Assembly (NCBI GenBank): GCA_045644045.1
Contig: JAZRGD010000087.1
Location: forward strand, 499-64,498
Reading direction: 5' to 3'
DNA: 64,000 nucleotides
Source: Eubacteriales bacterium
GTDB lineage: Bacteria > Bacillota > Clostridia > Oscillospirales > CAG-272
Part shown: positions 8,799-19,197 of the stretch, in pieces
How positions within the stretch are numbered: the first letter of the stretch is position 1
Layout: the number at the start of each line of letters is the position of its first letter
Notes under the pieces: generated by a model
Databases searched by the model: none
What the model saw: the letters and a program-made list of their open reading frames with translations, nothing else
Told to the model about the DNA's origin: nothing
Position numbers and translations under genes: made by a program

Positions 8799-9943
8799 AA
8801 TAATACCTCGCTTTGCCCGCCGTACAACGGGTCGTCAAACAAACCAAACAGCAAAAGAGAGAAAAGCCCCCGTCTTACTGCCTTCGTTTGTCCCGAAAGA
8901 CCGAAAAAAAGAAACAGCAGGAAGAAGACCGTGCCGACCACGCCGTTGGCCGTCAAAAGATGAAGAAAAAGAGAGTGGGTATGCTCCACCCTTTCAAGCC
9001 CCGACGCCATATAAGGCGAGAGAGCGGAAAAGAGAGCCGCTTTTCCCTCGCCCACGCCGAAAAGCAACCGAGAAAAGGGAAGACGAAAGATGCTTTTCCA
9101 GAGGGAAAAGCGATAGCCCACCGAGCTGTCGGGAGAGAAAAAGGACAAAAAACGGGCGGTCACCGCCTCGGGAAGAAGCAAGGACAAGAGGGGAAGCGCG
9201 GCAAGGAAAAGGAGAAAGGGACGAAAAAAGCCGAAACGGCGAAGCGCAAAGGCTCCGAGCCACAAAAGCATCACCGCCCAAGCACCGCGAGAGTAGCTGA
9301 CGGTGATCCCCGCCCCCAAAAATAAAACCAAAATGGGGAAAACAAAGGTTTTTTCCGAGCTTTCCTCCCATGCCGTCAGCGCGATGGCAAAAAGCGGGAG
9401 AAGATAGGCGGCAAGCAGATTGGGATTCCCAAACACACCGCCCGCCCTTGCCAAGGCACCAAAGCGTGAGACGTCCGCAAAAGCCGTGCTTCCTCCGCCA
9501 AGGGCATACTCCAAGAGGGCAAAAAGCGCGACGGCTCCGCCACCCGAAAGAAGGGGGAGAAGGGAAAAACGATGGGCGGCATATCGCACTAAAACGCGAT
9601 AAAAGCAAAGAACGGTTGACATTATGACAGGGAGAAAAGCGTTTTTAAAGACAGAACCGCTTAAAGCAAAAACGAGATAGGCGGCGAAAAACAGGTCGGA
9701 CAGAAGGCGAGAGCGGTGCGCTTGCTTTTCCGTCGCCGTCTCGTAGGGAAAGCGGGAGACGGACGGTGAAGGAGAAGAAAAAATAAAAAGGACGGTGGCA
9801 AGCGAGAGCAAGAAAAATGAAAGAAAAAGACGGATGTGAGGAAGCAGAGCGGTGAAGGGGAGACAAAAAGAAAAAACAGCAAGCAGGAGAGAAACAAGGC
9901 TGTCCTGCTTGCTGACGCGCAAAGAAAGGTTTACATTTTTCAT
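8774..9943 (-). CDS. O-antigen ligase (Wzy_C) family membrane protein
   Basis: Polytopic membrane protein. The central ...ITVSYSRGAWAVMLLWLGAF... is typical of the O-antigen ligase domain. Coding asymmetry favours this strand. Confidence 0.6.
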   Translation of the reverse strand: MKNVNLSLRVSKQDSLVSLLLAVFSFCLPFTALLPHIRLFLSFFLLSLATVLFIFSSPSPSVSRFPYETATEKQAHRSRLLSDLFFAAYLVFALSGSVFKNAFLPVIMSTVLCFYRVLVRYAAHRFSLLPLLSGGGAVALFALLEYALGGGSTAFADVSRFGALARAGGVFGNPNLLAAYLLPLFAIALTAWEESSEKTFVFPILVLFLGAGITVSYSRGAWAVMLLWLGAFALRRFGFFRPFLLFLAALPLLSLLLPEAVTARFLSFFSPDSSVGYRFSLWKSIFRLPFSRLLFGVGEGKAALFSALSPYMASGLERVEHTHSLFLHLLTANGVVGTVFFLLFLFFGLSGQTKAVRRGLFSLLLFGLFDDPLYGGQSEVLFWLLTGVF

Positions 9944-9974
9944 ATTTTAAGGCAAAATGCCCTTCGTTTTTGGT

Positions 9975-10727
9975 TTAGTCCTTCTTTTCGGCGGAGGACT
10001 TGCGCCGCGCCTTTTTCACCTTGGGCGGATGGGCCGCCATGTAAGCCTCGTACAGCTCGGGGCGGCGCTCCTTGGTGATGGCGAGAGATTGTTCAAGCCG
10101 CCACGCGGCGATGTTTTTGTGATGCCCCGACAGCAGCACATCGGGGACGCGCACACCGTCAAACTCTACGGGGCGGGTGTATTGGGGATATTCAAGAAGC
10201 CCCGAGGCGATGCTCTCGTCCTCAAAGCATTCGGGAGAGGCCAGAACGCCCTCCACCATGCGGGATACCGCGTCTACCAGGATACAGGCGGGCAGCTCGC
10301 CACCCGTCAGCACGTAGTCACCCACCGAGATCTCCTCGTCCACCCATTTGTCGAGGACTCTTTGGTCTACTCCCTCGTAGTGACCGCAAAGGAGGATCAG
10401 ACGGTCGTAGGCGCAAAGGGAGGAGGCGCGGGCTTGGGTCAGCACCCGACCCTTTGGAGAAAGATAGATGACCCGCCTCCGCTCTCCCTCGGGAAGAGAG
10501 GCGGTGAGGGCGCGCAGACAGTTGTCGATGGGCTCTGCCGACATGACCATGCCCATACCGCCGCCAAAGGGGGTGTCGTCCACGTTGCGGTGCTTGTTTT
10601 CGGTGTAGTCGCGGATGTTGTGACAACGGGCCTCGATCAACCCGCTCTTTCTGGCGCGACCCAAAATACTTTCGGATAAGACGGTCTCCACCATAGCGGG
10701 GAAGAGAGTCAGAATGTCAAATTTCAT
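9975..10727 (-). CDS. trmD: tRNA (guanine37-N1)-methyltransferase
   Basis: MKFDILTLFPAMVE..., DDTPFGGGMGMVM and VLTGGELPA motifs. Confidence 0.95.
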   Translation of the reverse strand: MKFDILTLFPAMVETVLSESILGRARKSGLIEARCHNIRDYTENKHRNVDDTPFGGGMGMVMSAEPIDNCLRALTASLPEGERRRVIYLSPKGRVLTQARASSLCAYDRLILLCGHYEGVDQRVLDKWVDEEISVGDYVLTGGELPACILVDAVSRMVEGVLASPECFEDESIASGLLEYPQYTRPVEFDGVRVPDVLLSGHHKNIAAWRLEQSLAITKERRPELYEAYMAAHPPKVKKARRKSSAEKKD

Positions 10728-10737
10728 TTCGATACGC

Positions 10738-11265
10738 TCACTTGCTTTCGTTGTCGGTAAAAAAGCCGGGAATGGGTCGCACGTAGACCCCCGTTTCCAC
10801 GTCCACGCGGACGAGAAACTCCTTGACGGCGGGAAAAAGCACGGTGCTGCCGCTCGGCTCGCGCACGGTGTACATATCCGAGGAGGGCATGGACTCTACC
10901 GCCGTAACGGTGCCGTAGATCCTGCCTGTATCGGCATCCACCATGGGCAGACCGATCAGGTCGGCAATGAAATGCGCCCCCTTGGGTAAGGGAAGGTCCT
11001 CTCTGTGCGCGTATACCGTTCGCCCCTTCAGGAGAATGGCGTCGTCTAAATTTTCCACACCCGCAAGATAGGCTAACACTCTGCCACCCCCCACCGAGGC
11101 CTTTACGACCTTTCTTTCCTCGTAGATTCCTTCCCTCGTTTGAAGGAAGAGTCGGGGGAGCGACGCAAGCACCTTGGGCGAGTCGCAATGAGACTCGATC
11201 TTGACCGCCCCTCTGACACCGTGGGTGTTTACGATGGTTCCGCAAATAAGATATGGTTGTTTCAT
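10738..11265 (-). CDS. rimM: ribosome maturation factor RimM
   Basis: GTIVNTHGVRGAVKIES N-terminal RimM motif and a PRC-barrel C-terminus. Adjacent to trmD as usual. Confidence 0.9.
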   Translation of the reverse strand: MKQPYLICGTIVNTHGVRGAVKIESHCDSPKVLASLPRLFLQTREGIYEERKVVKASVGGGRVLAYLAGVENLDDAILLKGRTVYAHREDLPLPKGAHFIADLIGLPMVDADTGRIYGTVTAVESMPSSDMYTVREPSGSTVLFPAVKEFLVRVDVETGVYVRPIPGFFTDNESK

Positions 11266-11317
11266 GCTTTTATTGTAGCATATCGTGGGGAAAAAAGCAA
11301 CCGTTTCTTTCTTTTTT

Positions 11318-12397
11318 CTACTTTTTCTTCTTCAGGAGAAAAAAGAGGTCGGCATAGGCGCGCGCCGTGTCCGAAAAGCTTGGCAATGCCTCCGCGCGCG
11401 AGAGTGCCGCCTTTGCCATGCGCTCTCGCTCGCTTTCGCGCAAAAGCAAACGGAGACGGTGAGACAGCACCTCCGCGTTGCCCGCAGGGAAGAAAAGACC
11501 GCCGTCTCCAACGCGGGCGCGGTTTCCCTCGGTGTCGGATGCCGCGGTGGGAAGGGCGGCGCTCATGCCCTCCGCCAAGGAGAGAGATGAGGTCTCGCTG
11601 GCAAGCGAGCAGGACAGATGAACGTCCAAGGCGTGATAAAAGCCCTTCGTATCGGAGGAAAAACCGAGGAAGATCACTCTGTCTGCTACCCCTTGATCAG
11701 CACAGAGAGAGCGTAAGCTGACCTCGTTCTCGCCTACCCCCAAAAGCAGAAGCCGTACTTTTCTCCCCTCCTCTCCCAAAAGCGCAAGGGCGTGGATGGC
11801 GGTTTCCTGTCCCTTTACGGGAGAAAGCCTGCCGCAAAGCCCCACCGCCACCGTGTCCTCGGAAAGACCCAAGACAGCCCTCGCCTCGCGGCGCTCTCCT
11901 TTGGTGGGAACACCTATGGGAGCAAGGCCGTTTTCAATGCAGGTCACGGGATGGATGCCCGCCTCCAAAAGATGACGGGCACAGGGGACGGAGGTGGCAA
12001 CCGTGAGATCGGTCAAGGCACGGTAGAGCCTCGGATGACGCACGGGAAGGTCGCAGTGCTTTACCCCTATGACGGGAATGCGTGCCGACCGCGCCGCCAC
12101 CTTGGCGGAAAGAGAGCCGTGAGAAACCAGGACGTCGGGCGGTTGACGGCGAAAAAAGCGTAAGAGCGCATAGGTGTCACGGATGGAAAAGGATCTGTCC
12201 GCGCTTCCCACGAAATGCAAAGAAAGGTTTGCTTTTTCAAGGAAAGAAACCAATTTACTCTCCTCGGGAAGCAGGACGGCGGAGGAAACCCCATACCGCT
12301 TGAGGGCGGGAAGCAGATGGGACAAAAGCACCCCCGCGCCGCCCGTTTCTCCGTCGGAGATCACGTGATAAGCTAACATATCTTTATTTTTCCGCAT
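11318..12397 (-). CDS. glycosyltransferase family 4 (GT-B) protein
   Basis: N-terminal GGAGVLLSHLL and a C-terminal E(x7)E-type region (LAEGMSAALPTAASDTEGNRARVGDGGLFF). Start uncertain (ATG at 12397 or 12379). Confidence 0.75.
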   Translation of the reverse strand: MRKNKDMLAYHVISDGETGGAGVLLSHLLPALKRYGVSSAVLLPEESKLVSFLEKANLSLHFVGSADRSFSIRDTYALLRFFRRQPPDVLVSHGSLSAKVAARSARIPVIGVKHCDLPVRHPRLYRALTDLTVATSVPCARHLLEAGIHPVTCIENGLAPIGVPTKGERREARAVLGLSEDTVAVGLCGRLSPVKGQETAIHALALLGEEGRKVRLLLLGVGENEVSLRSLCADQGVADRVIFLGFSSDTKGFYHALDVHLSCSLASETSSLSLAEGMSAALPTAASDTEGNRARVGDGGLFFPAGNAEVLSHRLRLLLRESERERMAKAALSRAEALPSFSDTARAYADLFFLLKKKK

Positions 12398-12446
12398 CGC
12401 GCGACGTCTATGCGGCGCGGGTGCTTCCTTCTTTTGGGAGGAGCGG

Positions 12447-12480
12447 TAAAAAAAGACGAGGCAAGCGATCCGCTTGCCTC
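12447..12480 (-). terminator. Rho-independent terminator after tadA
   Basis: GAGGCAAGCG-atc-CGCTTGCCTC, a perfect 10-bp stem, followed on the minus strand by GTCTTTTTTT. Confidence 0.7.
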
Positions 12481-12484
12481 ATTT

Positions 12485-12973
12485 TTATTTCATATGGGTC
12501 TTTTTCCAGCTTGGCTTGTCTCGCTTGCTCTTGAAATAGTCGGTCAAAACCGCCTTGCATCTTTCTTTTTCAAGACCCGATTCCACCAGGGGCTTATGGT
12601 TAAAGGGCATGGAGACGAGGTCGGTCACGCTTCCCATCGCGCCCCCCTTGGGGTCGGACGCGCCGAAAACCACCCGCTCTACGCGGGCGTTGATGATAGC
12701 CCCCGCGCACATGGGACAGGGCTCGAGGGTCACGTAAAGCGTGCTGTCGGGCAACCGCCAGCCGCCAAGGGTGGCACAAGCCTCCTCAATGGCGCAGATC
12801 TCCGCGTGGCGCGTGGCGCATTTGACGCTTTCACGCAGATTTTTGCCTTCTCCCACGATGCGGTCGCCCGATACCAGCACCGCACCCACGGGCACCTCGT
12901 CAAGGCTTGCCGCCTCCTCCGCCAGGGTAATGGCGCGATTCATGTAAAACAGATCCTTTTCTTCTTGTGTCAT
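12485..12973 (-). CDS. tadA: tRNA adenosine(34) deaminase
   Basis: CMP/dCMP-type zinc motifs HAEICAI and PCPMCAGAI; size typical of TadA. Confidence 0.9.
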   Translation of the reverse strand: MTQEEKDLFYMNRAITLAEEAASLDEVPVGAVLVSGDRIVGEGKNLRESVKCATRHAEICAIEEACATLGGWRLPDSTLYVTLEPCPMCAGAIINARVERVVFGASDPKGGAMGSVTDLVSMPFNHKPLVESGLEKERCKAVLTDYFKSKRDKPSWKKTHMK

Positions 12974-12985
12974 GGTGATCCTTTC

Positions 12986-13744
12986 TTAACCGAGCAGGCG
13001 GAATACCGCCATCGTCAGACAGTAAACGGCGTAAAGCAAAAGAGGAAAGAGCGTTCGTACCTTCTCGGTGGGGCGATCGCTCACCCTCGTTTCCTTACGA
13101 CCCGGCAGAAAGAGCGCCGCCGCCGCGACCACACCAAGCAAGACGAAGAGCAAAACGAGGGGAAGCGTCAGATACTTCCCAATGAGAAGAGACAGCAGAT
13201 TGTTGACGAAATGAAGCAAAACGGGCAGGAGGAAGGAATCCGAATATAAGGCAGCCGCCGCCAATACCAGCCCCGCGCCAAAGGCATAGGGCATTTGGTA
13301 AAGGCTTTGATGAAAGAGGGCGAAAAGCAGAGCACTGAAGCAGATCGCCCGACCCTTTCCGTAGGGCAGAAGAAGGGAGAGCGCGAGCAGTCGGAACAAG
13401 GTCTCCTCCGCCAGCGCGGGTGCGAGGGCAGAGGTCAAAAGCGCAAGGGGCGTGAAGGTGGGCGCGTCGGGTGTGAGGGCGGGGAAAAGGAGGGAGGTGA
13501 GGGCGGAAAGGCCTACCGTTACGCCGAGAAGCAGAGGAAAAAACAGAAGCGAGGAAAGCACTCTCCTCGGTCGCGCCCCCAAAAACACCGTCTCTCCCCT
13601 CGCCCGCTCGTAAAGTGTGGGCAAAACGCAAAAAAGGAGTAAAACCGCCTCGCCTAAAAGGGGGTGGGGCATAAGGCTTGACAGAACGAGGCCCAAAAGA
13701 CCGCAAAACAGATACAGGGTCAGCCTGGTAGAAGAGGTCCGCAC
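12986..13744 (-). CDS. CPBP family intramembrane glutamic endopeptidase
   Basis: EETLFRLLAL, FALFH and HFVNN motifs in a polytopic protein. I place the start at the GTG at 13744, preceded by AAAGGAGAAAACC. The 332-aa ORF-track version would overlap ybaK and its promoter. Confidence 0.7.
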   Translation of the reverse strand: MRTSSTRLTLYLFCGLLGLVLSSLMPHPLLGEAVLLLFCVLPTLYERARGETVFLGARPRRVLSSLLFFPLLLGVTVGLSALTSLLFPALTPDAPTFTPLALLTSALAPALAEETLFRLLALSLLLPYGKGRAICFSALLFALFHQSLYQMPYAFGAGLVLAAAALYSDSFLLPVLLHFVNNLLSLLIGKYLTLPLVLLFVLLGVVAAAALFLPGRKETRVSDRPTEKVRTLFPLLLYAVYCLTMAVFRLLG

Positions 13745-13785
13745 GGTTTTCTCCTTTCGTAAGCTTGAAAAAATTCGCAAAACGC

Positions 13786-13814
13786 TTGCAATGCGCCACG
13801 CTTTGTGGTATGAT
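13786..13814 (+). promoter_or_regulatory. putative sigma-A promoter of ybaK
   Basis: TTGCAA-17 nt-TATGAT with a TGG extended -10 element. Confidence 0.45.
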
Positions 13815-13844
13815 GGTACTATCAGATATAAGGAAGGGTAAGCC

Positions 13845-14315
13845 GTGACCGTTACCAACGCCATGCGCCGCCTGACGGCGGCGGGCATCTCATTCGAAAC
13901 AAGAGAATATCCCGTGGACGAAAACGATCTTTCGGGGGTGCATATTGCCGAGACCCTCGGCATTGACCCCGACAGTATGTTCAAGACTCTGGTGGCCAGA
14001 GGCGAAAGCGGTGCCGTCTACGTCTTTTGCATCTCCGCACCCGCCGAGCTGGATCTTAAAAAATGTGCCGTCCTGACAGGGGAAAAGAAGATCGAAATGG
14101 TGCACGTCAAGGAGCTTTTATCCCTCACGGGCTATATCCGTGGCGGCTGCTCCCCGGTGGGAATGAAAAAGGCGTACCCCACCTATATGGACGAGGTGGC
14201 GGAGCTGTTCGACCCCATCTACGTCAGCGCGGGCGTGCGCGGCGTTCAGCTCGTCATCCACCCGAACGCCCTTGCCGATTTCGTCGGCATTACCTTTGCG
14301 GACATTACAAAGTAA
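13845..14315 (+). CDS. ybaK: Cys-tRNA(Pro)/Cys-tRNA(Cys) deacylase YbaK
   Basis: 156 aa. The YbaK/ProX editing-domain pattern (AMRRLTAAGISFETREY..., FKTLVARG, GGCSPVG). GTG start preceded by GGAAGGG; an alternative ATG lies at 13863. Confidence 0.85.
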   Translation: MTVTNAMRRLTAAGISFETREYPVDENDLSGVHIAETLGIDPDSMFKTLVARGESGAVYVFCISAPAELDLKKCAVLTGEKKIEMVHVKELLSLTGYIRGGCSPVGMKKAYPTYMDEVAELFDPIYVSAGVRGVQLVIHPNALADFVGITFADITK

Positions 14316-14323
14316 AGAATTCT

Positions 14324-15292
14324 TTACATTTTATCGAAATCAATGCCGTTTTGCTTGAGTGCCTCGTCGATAATGCCAAGGCTGATCCCGGTCACGTCAA
14401 GCAGACCGTCGCCCTTGCCCTCTACGACCCTTTCAAAGGCTAAGATCTCCTCAAACATATTGTCGGGCGCGGCCATGGGCGGACGCGCTATGACATGCTC
14501 CTCCCCTCCGCGAGGCTTGACGGTTACCCGGTGCGGCTCGGACACGCGGTCAAGGGTAATGGCACCCGCCTCGCCCAAAATACAAGAGGGGGCGGCACTG
14601 TCCGCAATCTTGGAATAAGAGACGGTAACGGTGTGCGAGCCATAGTCCAAAAGCAGCTCACCGCTTCCTTCAAAGCCGTTTTCAAGGATCACCGAGCGGC
14701 TTGAGACCGAAAACGGCTTGCCGAACAGACGGGCGCAAACGGCGATCGGGTACACGCCAATATCTAAGATCGCGGCGTTTTTGTAAGCGGGATCAAAGGC
14801 GCGAAGCACCTCTCCCGCCTTAAAGCGGTCGTAGCGAGAGGAATACTGACAATAGTCAAGGTGGACGCTTCTCACCTGTCTGATAGAGGGCAACGCCGCA
14901 AGGATCTCCCCCCACACGCTGTCAAACAAGGGGCGCATGGCCTCAACAAGCGTCACACCCTTTGCCTCTGCCGCCTTGCGCATCCGCAAAAAAGCGGCGA
15001 GCGTAGGCGCGGCGGGCTTTTCGCACAAAACCTGCTTGCCCCCCGCAATGGCGGCCAAGGTGTCTGCCTCGTGGCAGAGGTTGGGCGAGGCTACGTACAC
15101 CGCGTCAAAGGTGTCGGATGCGAAAAAAGCCTCTCTGTCGGTAAATATATGGGGAATGCCGTGGCGCGCGGCAAAGGCGCGTCCCGTTTTCTCCCCCCTG
15201 GATAACACCGCCGTGGCGGTGCTGTGGGTGAAGGGAAGCGAGGCCATAAAGCGATCGCTGATAAAATTGGTGCCGATAATGCCAAAGCGCAT
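14324..15292 (-). CDS. Gfo/Idh/MocA family oxidoreductase
   Basis: N-terminal Rossmann MRFGIIGTNFIS, VLCEKP motif, and a C-terminal alpha/beta domain. Confidence 0.8.
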   Translation of the reverse strand: MRFGIIGTNFISDRFMASLPFTHSTATAVLSRGEKTGRAFAARHGIPHIFTDREAFFASDTFDAVYVASPNLCHEADTLAAIAGGKQVLCEKPAAPTLAAFLRMRKAAEAKGVTLVEAMRPLFDSVWGEILAALPSIRQVRSVHLDYCQYSSRYDRFKAGEVLRAFDPAYKNAAILDIGVYPIAVCARLFGKPFSVSSRSVILENGFEGSGELLLDYGSHTVTVSYSKIADSAAPSCILGEAGAITLDRVSEPHRVTVKPRGGEEHVIARPPMAAPDNMFEEILAFERVVEGKGDGLLDVTGISLGIIDEALKQNGIDFDKM

Positions 15293-15390
15293 ACCGTTTC
15301 CCCCTTGCTGTCATTTTTATATTAGTATAACACGGAAAAAGAAAAAGGTCAAGCCCGAACGGACAAAAGACCGAAAGGAAAGGGATCCTT

Positions 15391-16767
15391 ATGAAATACC
15401 GCATTGAACACGACTCCATGGGAGAGCTTAAGGTGCCTGCCGACCGCTACTACGGTGCGCAGACCGCCAGAAGTCAGACGAATTTTCCCATCGGCGTGGG
15501 CAAGGAGACCATGCCCGAGGAGATCATTCACGCCTTTGCCCTCTTAAAGGCGGCCGCCGCTCGCGCCAACCGCGCCTTGCGTCCCAATAAGATGACCGAG
15601 GAAAAGCTCTCCGCCATTCTCGCCGCCTGTGGGGAGATCGAGGAAGGGAAGCTCTCCGAGCATTTTCCTCTCGTGGTCTTCCAAACGGGAAGCGGCACCC
15701 AATCCAACATGAACGTCAACGAGGTCGTAGCCAACAGAGGAAATGAGATCGCGGGCAAGACCTTGCTTCACCCCAACGACGACGTGAATATGAGCCAATC
15801 CTCCAATGACACCTTCCCCACGGCCATGCACATCGCCGCCGCCCTTGCCCTGTCGGAGCGCGTTTTGCCTGCCGCTACGGCACTGGCAGAGGCCTTCCTT
15901 GCCCTTGAAAAGGAAAACGAGGGGGTGGTCAAGTGCGGTCGCACCCATTTGCAGGATGCCACCCCCATCACCTTCTCCCAAGAAATTTCGGGGTGGAGAT
16001 ACGCCTTGGAGAAGGATGTGGAGATGATAAGGGCGGCACTTCCGCCCCTCTATGCCCTTGCTCTCGGCGGTACCGCCGTTGGCACGGGGCTGAATGCCCC
16101 CACAGGCTTTGATACCCTTGCCGCCTCTCTCCTTGCCGAAGAGACGGGGCTTCCCTTCGTCACCGCCGAAAACAAATTCTGGGCGTTGACCTCCAAGGAT
16201 GCCTTTGTTTTTGCCCACGGCGCGCTCAAAGCCCTCGCCGCCGACCTCTTTAAGATCGCAAGCGACGTGCGGCTTCTCGCTTCGGGCCCTCGTCTCGGCC
16301 TCGGTGAAATTTTCATTCCCGAAAATGAGCCCGGCTCGTCCATTATGCCCGGTAAGGTCAACCCCACCCAATGCGAGGCCGTCACCATGGTGGCGGCGCA
16401 GGTGATGGGCAACGACGTGACGGTGGGCTTTGCCGCCGCCTCGGGTCACCTCGAGCTGAACGTCTTCATGCCCGTTCTCGCCTACAATTTCCTGCAATCC
16501 GCTCGACTTCTTGCCGACGTGATGGACGCCTTCCGCCTCCGTTGCGTTACGGGCATCCGTCCGAACAAGGAAAAAATGAGGGAAAACCTCGACCGCTCCC
16601 TTATGCTGGTCACCGCCCTCAACCCCCACATCGGGTACGAGAACGCCGCCCGCGTGGTGAAGCTTGCCCACGCCGAGGGGCTTTCCTTAAAGGAAGCCTG
16701 TGTCCGCCTCGGCTACCTCACCGCCGAAGCCTTTGACGAGGTCTTCCACCCCGAAGAGATGATTTGA
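15391..16767 (+). CDS. fumC: class II fumarate hydratase
   Basis: 458 aa with the [16 protein letters not shown] lyase signature and the typical FumC N-terminus ([25 protein letters not shown]). Confidence 0.95.
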   Translation: MKYRIEHDSMGELKVPADRYYGAQTARSQTNFPIGVGKETMPEEIIHAFALLKAAAARANRALRPNKMTEEKLSAILAACGEIEEGKLSEHFPLVVFQTGSGTQSNMNVNEVVANRGNEIAGKTLLHPNDDVNMSQSSNDTFPTAMHIAAALALSERVLPAATALAEAFLALEKENEGVVKCGRTHLQDATPITFSQEISGWRYALEKDVEMIRAALPPLYALALGGTAVGTGLNAPTGFDTLAASLLAEETGLPFVTAENKFWALTSKDAFVFAHGALKALAADLFKIASDVRLLASGPRLGLGEIFIPENEPGSSIMPGKVNPTQCEAVTMVAAQVMGNDVTVGFAAASGHLELNVFMPVLAYNFLQSARLLADVMDAFRLRCVTGIRPNKEKMRENLDRSLMLVTALNPHIGYENAARVVKLAHAEGLSLKEACVRLGYLTAEAFDEVFHPEEMI

Positions 16768-16778
16768 TATAATTAAGC

Positions 16779-16814
16779 GCATCCCCCTCGCACCCAACGA
16801 GGGGGAGCTTTTAT
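16779..16814 (+). terminator. Rho-independent terminator after fumC
   Basis: TCCCCCTCG-cacccaa-CGAGGGGGA stem followed by GCTTTTATCCTTT. Confidence 0.65.
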
Positions 16815-16880
16815 CCTTTGGCGAAAATTTTTCCATGGCTGTATAATCCCTCCGAAACTGTTAAAAATAGAGACAGTAAA

Positions 16881-17588
16881 ATGCGGAAAGGAAAGAAAAG
16901 CATGGAAAAGAAACCGAACAACGAAAAAACAGCGCGTATTTTGTATCTTGCCGTGGTTGGCGTTCTGGTGGTCACCGCCTTGGTGATCGGTCTGGTCGCC
17001 GCCTTCGGTAAAGGCAAGACCCCGGAGCCCGACACAAAGGATCCCGTGGTGCAGAATCCCACACCCGACAACACACCCGATGACAAGCCCGACGGAACGC
17101 AGGACGAGGACACGGGTGCCGATACGGTAACGGAGTATCTGGCCCCCGCCACGGGTGTGGTCAGCAAGCATCATGACCTCAGCGTCCCCGTTTACTCCAC
17201 CACGATGAATGACTGGCGCGTGCATTGCGGCGTTGACATCGCCACGGCCGAGGGGGCGGACGTATTTGCCACCGCCGCGGGCACGGTGAAGAGCGTCTAC
17301 ACCGATCCCTTTATGGGGGTCTGTCTCTCCTTGGATCACGGCAACGGCGTGGTGAGCATCTACAAGAACCTGTCCGAGACCTTGGCCGAGGGGATCGCGG
17401 AGGGCGTTACCGTTACCGCCACCCAAAAGCTGGGCACGGTGGGCGGCACCGCGCTCTCCGAGAGCGCGGACGAGGCGCATCTCCATTTTGAGATGACCTA
17501 TAACGACGAGAGCGTAGACCCTCTCACCTATATTTCCGAAGCCAGCTACAACGCCTCGCTTTCCGAGGACACTGCCTACGAATCCTAA
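16881..17588 (+). CDS. M23 family metallopeptidase
   Basis: HCGVDIA, DHGNGVVSIY and HLHFEM motifs after a TM helix and a Pro/Asp/Thr-rich linker. Start at 16881, or at 16902 (better RBS, GGAAAGGAAAG). Confidence 0.8.
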   Translation: MRKGKKSMEKKPNNEKTARILYLAVVGVLVVTALVIGLVAAFGKGKTPEPDTKDPVVQNPTPDNTPDDKPDGTQDEDTGADTVTEYLAPATGVVSKHHDLSVPVYSTTMNDWRVHCGVDIATAEGADVFATAAGTVKSVYTDPFMGVCLSLDHGNGVVSIYKNLSETLAEGIAEGVTVTATQKLGTVGGTALSESADEAHLHFEMTYNDESVDPLTYISEASYNASLSEDTAYES

Positions 17589-17591
17589 AGC

Positions 17592-17623
17592 AAAAAGGCT
17601 TTCGCGTCACGCGAAAGCCTTTT
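17592..17623. terminator. Bidirectional terminator between convergent genes
   Basis: AAAAAGGCTTTCGCG-tca-CGCGAAAGCCTTTTG: a perfect stem flanked by A and T runs. Confidence 0.75.
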
Positions 17624-17629
17624 GTCTGT

Positions 17630-19162
17630 TTAACCGTTCGAAACGAAGAGCCAGGCATAGCCGTCGAGGCTCTTGGGAAGATGGGCCTCCGCAGGGTCGG
17701 GTGGGGGCATTTCGTTGGCGGCGGCCAAGCGGTCAAGGGAAAGAGAATAGGCCTTTCCCACGCTGAAAAGGGAATCCTCCGCCTTGGGATAATACACTCG
17801 CAAGAAGGAATCGTCCTTTGCCTCCTTTTTCGTCACCGTCACCTTCTCGGGCACCTGCAGAGAAAAGTCTCTGTGGGCGGAAACGGTATAGGCGATCTCC
17901 GCGTTGACACGGCGACGTCCGCCTGAAATGCTGCCTACGGCATAGGCAGGGTGGAGGGTATAGCGCAAGCTGTCGCCCTCGGTACAGGTAGCACCCAAAG
18001 AGGCCTCGATACGGAAGGGGAGGGGCATGGTCTGACAAAGGCATCCGTCCTCCGTCATCACCAAAAGCTCCGCTCGCGCCTCACCCTCTATGATGGCCTT
18101 GTCTCCAAAGGGGCGGATGCGGGATTCTCTCACCGTGAGGGCGCAAAGCAACACCTCGCCCACCGCTTCCTCGGCCGCCTCCTCATGATCCACCGAGGCC
18201 GTTCCCGTACAAGCACCCACGAGGGAGCGTCCCGTGACCGTTTTCATGGTGACGGCGGTATCCCGCCCCACGGCGTAAACGTCCTTGATATAGGAAAGGG
18301 TCTCGTTGCGCTCGCCCGTGGCGCGCACCCGATAACGAAGGGTAAAGACCAGCTCGGCCTCCTCTCCCTCTCCTTCGCAAGCGATCTCCATGCCGTCAAA
18401 AAGCCCATAGCCGCGAACGGCATCCCCTGCCTTCGCCTCGGGACAGGAAAGCTCTGCCTCAAAGGGGATACGCTTGGCAATGACAAACGGCGCGCCCTCG
18501 TCCGTTGCTAAAACGGCGTGCGGGAAGAGCGTGCCGTATAACAGAATGCGTCCGTCCTGTGCCGTGGCGCTTTCTACCAGCATATCACCCTTTGTGGCAA
18601 GCACTCGCAGGCCCTCCGCGTCCACTCCCTCGGGGCGGGTCACAAACTCCGCCTCCAAGCCCTCGGATACGGAGGCGTAGAGCGAAAGAGCGGGAGAAGA
18701 GGCAGGCAGGATTTCGTAGGTCTCCCCTGCGGGCAAAAGGGCCTCGGGAGAGGGAATGGCATTTTCCCACGCGTAGGCATTGGGGAACACCCGCACCTTG
18801 GCGCGTACGCTGAGCTTGCGCGGCCCGACGGGGCGGAAGCTGACGCTTTCGATCTTCTCGTAGGGGGACAGGAAGGCCCCCTCTCCCTCGCCAAGGGAGA
18901 CGGCCGCGCGATAGCGACCCTCTAAGGGTGCTTCGGTGATGACACCGCTCTCGTCGGTGTAAAGCAGCTTGTAAAGCAGTCTGCCCTCAAGCTCCGCCTC
19001 GCCCGCCCGCAAAATAGGCTCATCGGGGGAGAGGGAAGCGTCAAGCCGCAAGACCCTGCGGATCTCGGGCATGTAATCGGGGAGCAAAAAATCCTCGTTT
19101 GCCTCGCAAAGATAGGACTCCTCCCCCATTCGTTTGATGATCTTTTGTGCTTCGTTTACCAT
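17630..19162 (-). CDS. DUF3794 (SPOCS) domain protein with a degenerate C-terminal LysM-like segment
   Basis: N-terminus EDFLLPDYMPEIRRVLRLDASLSPDEPILRAGEAELEGRLLYKLLY matches the repeated DUF3794 pattern. The C-terminus VYYPKAEDSLFSVGKAYSLSLDRLAAANEM is LysM-like. Family assigned from memory. Confidence 0.6.
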   Translation of the reverse strand: MVNEAQKIIKRMGEESYLCEANEDFLLPDYMPEIRRVLRLDASLSPDEPILRAGEAELEGRLLYKLLYTDESGVITEAPLEGRYRAAVSLGEGEGAFLSPYEKIESVSFRPVGPRKLSVRAKVRVFPNAYAWENAIPSPEALLPAGETYEILPASSPALSLYASVSEGLEAEFVTRPEGVDAEGLRVLATKGDMLVESATAQDGRILLYGTLFPHAVLATDEGAPFVIAKRIPFEAELSCPEAKAGDAVRGYGLFDGMEIACEGEGEEAELVFTLRYRVRATGERNETLSYIKDVYAVGRDTAVTMKTVTGRSLVGACTGTASVDHEEAAEEAVGEVLLCALTVRESRIRPFGDKAIIEGEARAELLVMTEDGCLCQTMPLPFRIEASLGATCTEGDSLRYTLHPAYAVGSISGGRRRVNAEIAYTVSAHRDFSLQVPEKVTVTKKEAKDDSFLRVYYPKAEDSLFSVGKAYSLSLDRLAAANEMPPPDPAEAHLPKSLDGYAWLFVSNG

Positions 19163-19197
19163 AACATTTCCCGCTTTCCTTGATAGATTGACAGTAC